Part shown: positions 59,412-64,000 of the stretch, piece after piece
Numbering within the stretch: the stretch's first letter is position 1
Layout: the number at the start of each line of letters is the position of its first letter
Assembly (NCBI GenBank): GCA_035548175.1
Contig: DASZTO010000052.1
Span: forward strand, 24,128-88,127
Direction: 5' to 3'
DNA: 64,000 bases
Origin: Phycisphaerae bacterium
Lineage (GTDB): Bacteria > Planctomycetota > Phycisphaerae > WQYP01
Translations under genes and position numbers: made by a program
The notes under the pieces: model-generated
What the model was told of the DNA's origin: nothing
Database searches by the model: none
The model's input: the letters and a program-made list of their open reading frames with translations, nothing else

Positions 59412-59651
59412 ATGGAAACTTTCATCGGCGCAGGCGAGGCTGCGCGCAAGGCGGGGGCGAAGAAGCCCCGGAACGTCTCGGACCTTTTCGCGGAAGGGAA
59501 GCTCGACGCAGAAAAATGTCCGATCGTCGCGGGCTGCCGGATGATCCCTGAGAGCATGTTGCCGGAAATTCAGCGGCAGCTTCACAAAAAGGGATGGCTG
59601 ACCTTGGCGGCGGAGGCGGAGATGCGAGGGGAGGCGGCGCATGCAAGCTGA
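59412..59651 (+). CDS. HTH DNA-binding protein (MerR/excisionase-like)
   Basis: AGGAG RBS; IGAGEAARKAG...VSDLF..GKL..CPIVAGCRMIP. Confidence 0.6.
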   Translation: METFIGAGEAARKAGAKKPRNVSDLFAEGKLDAEKCPIVAGCRMIPESMLPEIQRQLHKKGWLTLAAEAEMRGEAAHAS

Positions 59652-59862
59652 ACCAACAAACTTTGACGCGAGGGGCGCGGCGGATTTTCTCGGCGTTAGC
59701 GTCGGGCTGATCCGACAGGACATCGTTACCCGCCGCCATAGGTTTCCTTTCGTGCGCGTTGGGCGGCGAGTCGTCTACCCCCGCGACCTCCTGACCCGCT
59801 GGCGAAACGCGCATACCGAAAATCTCCCCCCCGAAAACGGCAACTCCCCACAAAAACATTGA
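59641..59862 (+). CDS. Excisionase/AlpA-like HTH protein
   Basis: DARGAADFLGVS, PFVRVGRRVVYPRDLLTRW. Confidence 0.75.
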   Translation: MQAEPTNFDARGAADFLGVSVGLIRQDIVTRRHRFPFVRVGRRVVYPRDLLTRWRNAHTENLPPENGNSPQKH

Positions 59863-59943
59863 TCGAGCTATGAGGCTTTCAGAGCGCAACGCGAACCGCC
59901 CGCTTTTCGACGGGCTGGGCGGGTCGCTAATTACGAGGAATAC

Positions 59944-60351
59944 ATGGATACTATTCGATATACCCCCCCATCGTCAATCCCCCGCGCCGCATTCCTAATG
60001 ACCCGTCTGCCCGCCGGCGGCTTTCGCGTCGATGTGCGCGGCTTCGGCGCGGCGACATTCGCCCCCGCCGATCTGACCGACCCCGCCGCCCGGGAAAGTT
60101 TCGTCCGCGCGATCGGCGAGCGGTTCCCCGACCTGGCTTTCGACGGCGCGCCCGACGCCCTCGCCCGCTGTATCCGCGAACTGGCCAGCGGACAGCCGGC
60201 GGCGGGCGATGCCGTCGATGCGATCCGCGCTTCCGTCCGCTGCCTCGCCGAGCAGTTGGCGGCGGAGCCAGAGCCAAAGCGAAAGAAAAACCCATCGAAA
60301 GCCGAGCGAATCCGGCGCATGAATCTTCAGTTAAGCGAGGTGCCGGCATGA
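59944..60351 (+). CDS. Hypothetical protein upstream of the helicase
   Basis: GAGG RBS; ATGA-coupled to the D5 helicase gene. Confidence 0.55.
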   Translation: MDTIRYTPPSSIPRAAFLMTRLPAGGFRVDVRGFGAATFAPADLTDPAARESFVRAIGERFPDLAFDGAPDALARCIRELASGQPAAGDAVDAIRASVRCLAEQLAAEPEPKRKKNPSKAERIRRMNLQLSEVPA

Positions 60352-61718
60352 AGCTCACCACCGTCAAATATAAACTTTCGGACATAGGTAATTCCGAGCG
60401 ATTCGCCGGTCACTGGCAAGGAAAACTCATATACGTCGCCGGCATGGGCTGGTTTATCTGGGACGAGAAACGCTGGCGGCTGGCGACGAAGGGGGAGTAC
60501 ATCGAATGCGCGAAGAAAACCGTCCGCGCTATGTACGCCGAAGCCTCCCGTTGCGAGGAGGAGGGTTACCGCGCCGCGCTCGCCGACTGGGCGGCATCAT
60601 GCGAATCCGAAAAGCGCCTCATGTCGATGCTCCGGCTGGCGCAGAGCGACCCCCGCCTCGCCGTCAACGCTGACCAGCTCGACGCCGACCAGATGATTCT
60701 GAACGTTGAAAACGGAACTATCGACCTGCGAACGCTAAAGCTTCGTCCGCATGATCCCGCGCAACTATGCACCAAACTTGCGCCCGTCACCTATGACGCG
60801 GCGGCGAAGTGCGCTACATGGCTTGCCTTTCTCGACCGCATTTTCGCGCAGGACGCCGACCTAATCGGATACGTGCAACGCATCTTCGGCAACGCCATCA
60901 CCGGCGACGCTACCGCACAGATTCTCCCGATCCTTTGGGGTGAGGGCGCGAACGGAAAATCTACGCTCGTCGGGGCGATCATGGCGATTCTCGGAGACTA
61001 TGCGGGAACCGCCGCCGATACGCTTTTAATGGCGGGGAGGAATGAACATCCGTGCGAAAGAGCAGATTTACAGGGGAAGCGATTCGTTGCGGCGAGTGAA
61101 ACATCATCGACAGCAAAATTCAATATGGCCATCGTAAAGCAGCTGACTGGCGAGCCGAGGATTAAGGCTCGAAAGATGCACGGAAATTATTATGAGTTTC
61201 TGCGGACCCACAAGCTGTTCTTGCAAACGAACAACAAGCCCCGCGTTTCCGAAGATTCTGAGGCGGTGTGGCGGAGGCTTCGGCTCATCCCCTTCAACGT
61301 CATTATTCCTGAAGCGGAAAGAGACCGTCGCTTGCTCGAAAAGCTCGTCGCTGAAGGGTCCGGAACTCTGAACTGGTTGCTGATCGGGTGCCGGGAATGG
61401 CAAGAGCAGGGATTCGGGATGTCCGACGCCGTGGCGGACGCGACCCGAGCCTATCGAGCCGAATCGGACCCCATCGCGGGATTCATCGAAGATTGTTGCG
61501 TCTTGGGCGCGGACGTAACGGCGAGCAGTGGGGCGCTCCGCTCTGCCTATGAAACATGGTGTAAAACGCAAGGCGCGCACCCCATCAGCGGCAAAGCGTT
61601 CGCTGCCCGACTGACCAAAATGCAATGCGAGCCAGACCGCAACTTTTCGGGGCGATTCTGGCGCGGCGTCGGCATCGTTTCCAACGCCCATGCCGAGGTA
61701 TCCGACCATGGCGCATGA
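60348..61718 (+). CDS. Phage/plasmid P4-family D5 protein (D5_N plus SF3 helicase)
   Basis: SDIGNSERF, WDEKRW, CTKLAPVTYD, Walker A GEGANGKST, KRFVAASE, KQLTG, TNNKP, AVWRRLRLIPF. Confidence 0.92.
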   Translation: MKLTTVKYKLSDIGNSERFAGHWQGKLIYVAGMGWFIWDEKRWRLATKGEYIECAKKTVRAMYAEASRCEEEGYRAALADWAASCESEKRLMSMLRLAQSDPRLAVNADQLDADQMILNVENGTIDLRTLKLRPHDPAQLCTKLAPVTYDAAAKCATWLAFLDRIFAQDADLIGYVQRIFGNAITGDATAQILPILWGEGANGKSTLVGAIMAILGDYAGTAADTLLMAGRNEHPCERADLQGKRFVAASETSSTAKFNMAIVKQLTGEPRIKARKMHGNYYEFLRTHKLFLQTNNKPRVSEDSEAVWRRLRLIPFNVIIPEAERDRRLLEKLVAEGSGTLNWLLIGCREWQEQGFGMSDAVADATRAYRAESDPIAGFIEDCCVLGADVTASSGALRSAYETWCKTQGAHPISGKAFAARLTKMQCEPDRNFSGRFWRGVGIVSNAHAEVSDHGA

Positions 61719-61800
61719 CGCATATGACAGCAGGTTTGATAAATCGGCCCCGCGGGAGAATCTGGGGGAATTTACGGAAGTTGCCGTCATATCCGACATG
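61714..61800. repeat. 19-bp imperfect inverted repeat directly after the helicase (ori candidate)
   Basis: CATGACGCATATGACAGCA (61714-61732) versus reverse complement of 61782-61800, CATGTCGGATATGACGGCA: 16/19 match. Confidence 0.7.
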
Positions 61801-62105
61801 CGCCATGGAAAACCGCGTTCTTACTATCAAAAACAGGGGCGCGACGCTGGACCCGACATGCGGCTTATCGCCCGCGACACCGCAAATACCCCCCTGTCGC
61901 ATCCATCCGCGTCGATATGTAAGCCTTCCGTGACGCCGCCGCTCACCCCTGACCAACGCGATGTCCTGCATCGCCTCGCCACCAGCGGCACCGGCGCATT
62001 GCCACCCACGAACAACCCCGCGCAACGCCGCTGGCGTTCAATCGTCCAACGCATCCGCGCCCAACGCCGCACCGCATTGAACACCCCGACCGGCGAGGTG
62101 ACGGC

Positions 62106-62417
62106 ATGAGTGACACCGCCGCTCGGAATGCCCCGCAAGGCGCGGCAATCCCCAATTCTCCCACGACAGGAGGATTGGTGACTGACGCCGCCGCTCAGAA
62201 TCGTCAGGAAGCCACCGTCCCGCCCGTTTCCCGCGTCGATACGCCCAAGGTGGAGGTGTGGAGCATTGTACTCGTGGCAACGCCTGGAAACGTCCCGGCG
62301 ACGTGCAGAATCAAAAAGCTCCTCAAGTGCGCCGCCTGGTACGGGTTGCGATGCACTGCGGCGATTGAAGTGAAGCCGGACGCCGACACGAACGCTTCGC
62401 CGAGCGGGAGGTACTGA
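62106..62417 (+). CDS. Hypothetical phage-type protein
   Basis: P...RIKKLLKCAAWYGLRC motif; ATGA overlap with an upstream ORF (61690-62109, itself doubtful). Confidence 0.55.
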   Translation: MSDTAARNAPQGAAIPNSPTTGGLVTDAAAQNRQEATVPPVSRVDTPKVEVWSIVLVATPGNVPATCRIKKLLKCAAWYGLRCTAAIEVKPDADTNASPSGRY

Positions 62418-62555
62418 CGTGAGCACCGCCACCAGCGCGGACATTTTGGCGGCGTGTGTATGGAGATTCTGCCCGGTCATGCACCGCGCATGCTCGCGCT
62501 CCTTTTCCAAGGACCCGAAAGACTTCCCCCACAGTGGTTTACAAAAAAAGGCTGC

Positions 62556-62606
62556 GGGTCCTTCCAAAGCCATACCCCTTATGCGGGTGATCGCGGGCCA
62601 ATCGCT
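62556..62606 (+). promoter_or_regulatory. Lambda cosQ/cosN-like packaging site candidate
   Basis: GGGTCCT(TCC) at 62556, then TCGCGGG-CCAA-TCGCT; about 110 bp before terS. Confidence 0.45.
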
Positions 62607-62665
62607 CTACACGGACAACTTGTCGTTTATAACTTTCGCTACCAGAGAGTTTTAGGAGTGAAGCT

Positions 62666-63160
62666 ATGTCAAAATGTCCAGAGTTAAAGCTAGGGCGCGA
62701 TGCGGCGAAGGCGCTGGGTCTGACCGCGCGCACGCTGCAAAGTTACGTTCGGCGCGGCTGTCCGCATACGCCGTCGCCAGCGGGCGCGATGTTCGACCCG
62801 GCCGACGTGCGCGCCTGGATGGAGCAGAGCAAGCTGACGGGCAATCCTGGCAGACCAGCGAGGGAGGAATCGTCCGAACTGGCGGCGGCGCGGCTTCGGA
62901 AGGAAAACGCACTGGCGGCGAAATACGAGCTGGCTGTCGCGGTCGAGCGCGGCGAGCTGGCGCGGATCGACGATGTCAAACAAGATTGGTTGGCGCGAAT
63001 CACAACTACCAAGCACCGGCTGCTCGGACTGCCGGCGGCGATGGCACCGACCCTCGAAGGGCTGAGCGCCGAAGCGATGGCGGCGATGCTCCGGGAGCGA
63101 ATCACGGAGGCGCTGTCGCCGTTGGATCCCGGCGACGATGCGTGCGGGGGCGGAAAATGA
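62666..63160 (+). CDS. Terminase small subunit, lambda Nu1-like
   Basis: AGGAG RBS; winged HTH (AKALGLTARTL...GCP...FDPADVRAW); coiled coil ending RGELARIDDV. Confidence 0.75.
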   Translation: MSKCPELKLGRDAAKALGLTARTLQSYVRRGCPHTPSPAGAMFDPADVRAWMEQSKLTGNPGRPAREESSELAAARLRKENALAAKYELAVAVERGELARIDDVKQDWLARITTTKHRLLGLPAAMAPTLEGLSAEAMAAMLRERITEALSPLDPGDDACGGGK

Positions 63161-63426
63161 AGCCCACCGTGAAACTTTCCCTCGAATCCTGCGCCATCGG
63201 CATTTTTCTGGATTGTCCCGAACTATCGAAAGAACAAATCGCCGCGCTGCTGCGTGTGCATCCGTCGTCCGTCGCGCGTTTACCGACGTTCAGCCGGATA
63301 TTTGCAGCGCACCGGGAATGCAACCGTGGGGCGATTCTGCGGGGTCGCGCGACTCGCGGCGGTGGCTTCGACGTGGAATACGATGACCCGCACTTCGACC
63401 TTGTGGACGAAAAATTGTCGGAATAA
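63157..63426 (+). CDS. Small HTH-like protein
   Basis: ATGA overlap with terS; LSKEQIAALLRVHPSSVAR. Confidence 0.55.
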   Translation: MKPTVKLSLESCAIGIFLDCPELSKEQIAALLRVHPSSVARLPTFSRIFAAHRECNRGAILRGRATRGGGFDVEYDDPHFDLVDEKLSE

Positions 63427-63460
63427 CGCAATCGGCCGCCCTATGTACAGAGGAGCACGT

Positions 63461-63646
63461 ATGACCGTGAAACCCGAGATTGTCCAGAAGCTCAAAGACA
63501 ACCCTGCCGCGCTGTTTGCGGAGGCGGAATTGAGCGCCCGCCGCGAGGACTGGCCGAACATGGCGGCGGCGTTGCACGCGCTTTCACGGCAGGGAATAAA
63601 AGTGACGTTCACGGTCCCCGCTCGCCCCGTGGTGGTGAAGGTTTGA
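63461..63646 (+). CDS. Hypothetical protein (61 aa)
   Basis: GAGGAG RBS; MTVKPEIVQKLK. Confidence 0.55.
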   Translation: MTVKPEIVQKLKDNPAALFAEAELSARREDWPNMAAALHALSRQGIKVTFTVPARPVVVKV

Positions 63647-63668
63647 AACGCTCGAAAGGAATCCGCCG

Positions 63669-64000
63669 ATGACCCCTGACAAACTCCCCAGCGCCCTGCA
63701 TGGTTTTCTTCGCAACTGCGGTTTGTGTGTTTCTCGCGGCGACAATGGCGCGATGAATCTGGCCGCGCCGGATATGGACCCGGACGTTGTGAACTCCACG
63801 CTGGACCGCACCGTGCGGGACCTCTTGCAGCAGCACAAAGCGGACATCCTCGCCCTCGCCGATGCCGAGCCGCAAATTGACGGCACCGATGGTAACAACG
63901 GCGACGATACCCTTGCGGCGCTGGCCCGGTCGGAAGACAGCCCCGGCTGGCGGGACGCCATGCGGTCGGTTGTGCAGCGCATTGCCCTGAAGAAATGGAC
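63669..64000 (+). CDS. Hypothetical protein, 3'-truncated; TubC-N-like start
   Basis: AAGGA upstream; open to the window end (MTPDKLPSALHGFLRNCG...LAAP...LLQQHKADILALA). Confidence 0.5.
   Translation, partial: MTPDKLPSALHGFLRNCGLCVSRGDNGAMNLAAPDMDPDVVNSTLDRTVRDLLQQHKADILALADAEPQIDGTDGNNGDDTLAALARSEDSPGWRDAMRSVVQRIALKKW

Larger units (their letters stand above)
53243..64000. mobile_element. Integrated phage-satellite/PICI-like element at the tRNA-Val 3' end (right end beyond window)
   Basis: Integrase about 120 bp after the tRNA; divergent repressor; HTH/excisionase; D5 helicase; Nu1-like terS; no capsid or tail genes within the window. Confidence 0.8.

Noticed and set aside
61690-62109. 139-aa ORF after the helicase
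   Set aside because: Overlaps the helicase end and the inverted repeat, with no motif; not listed as a supported CDS
62419-62655. 78-aa ORF before terS
   Set aside because: Spans the AT-rich cos-like region; no RBS or motif
53243-64000. attR copy of the tRNA-Val 3' end
   Set aside because: No repeat of GGTTCGAATCC or ATCGCCCA seen by eye within the window; the element probably continues

Overview
High-GC bacterial chromosome segment, most likely from a planctomycete of the Phycisphaerae/Tepidisphaerales type. That assignment is inferred from the PEP-CTERM proteins, prepilin-type proteins, ECF sigma, short PheT and integrase style, not proven. 1-9.5 kb: distal half of an alternative complex III operon (actD/E/F/G-like) joined to a caa3, A2-type cytochrome c oxidase cluster (SCO, coxB, coxA, coxC, subunit IV, second coxC). 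9.8-52.6 kb: housekeeping and envelope genes (TPR, moeA, CPBP protease, pheT, fur, M29 aminopeptidase, TlpA, arfB, antiporter, cysK, PAP2-like, PEP-CTERM pair, C39-like peptidase, GH51, ECF sigma module, site-2 protease, Nudix, PilZ, two pilin-like genes, speA, DUF2339, two paralogous secreted proteins, typA, priA, usp, trpB). These are interspersed with several families of 7-, 9- and 10-mer repeats. A four-hairpin, terminator-ended orphan small RNA candidate lies opposite the speA upstream region. 52.7-53.2 kb: tRNA-Ala(TGC), a 38-aa membrane ORF and tRNA-Val(GAC). 53.2 kb to the window end: an integrated element with phage-satellite (PICI-like) architecture. It carries a tyrosine integrase, divergent XRE-like repressor, excisionase-like HTH, D5/P4-type helicase followed by an inverted-repeat ori candidate, and a lambda-like cos motif before a Nu1-like small terminase. 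Its cargo is a frameshifted, fused type IIB (Topo VIII-like) topoisomerase. The + strand switches from C-rich to G-rich at about 21.6-23.6 kb regardless of gene direction. All family assignments come from motif recognition by eye; no searches were run.
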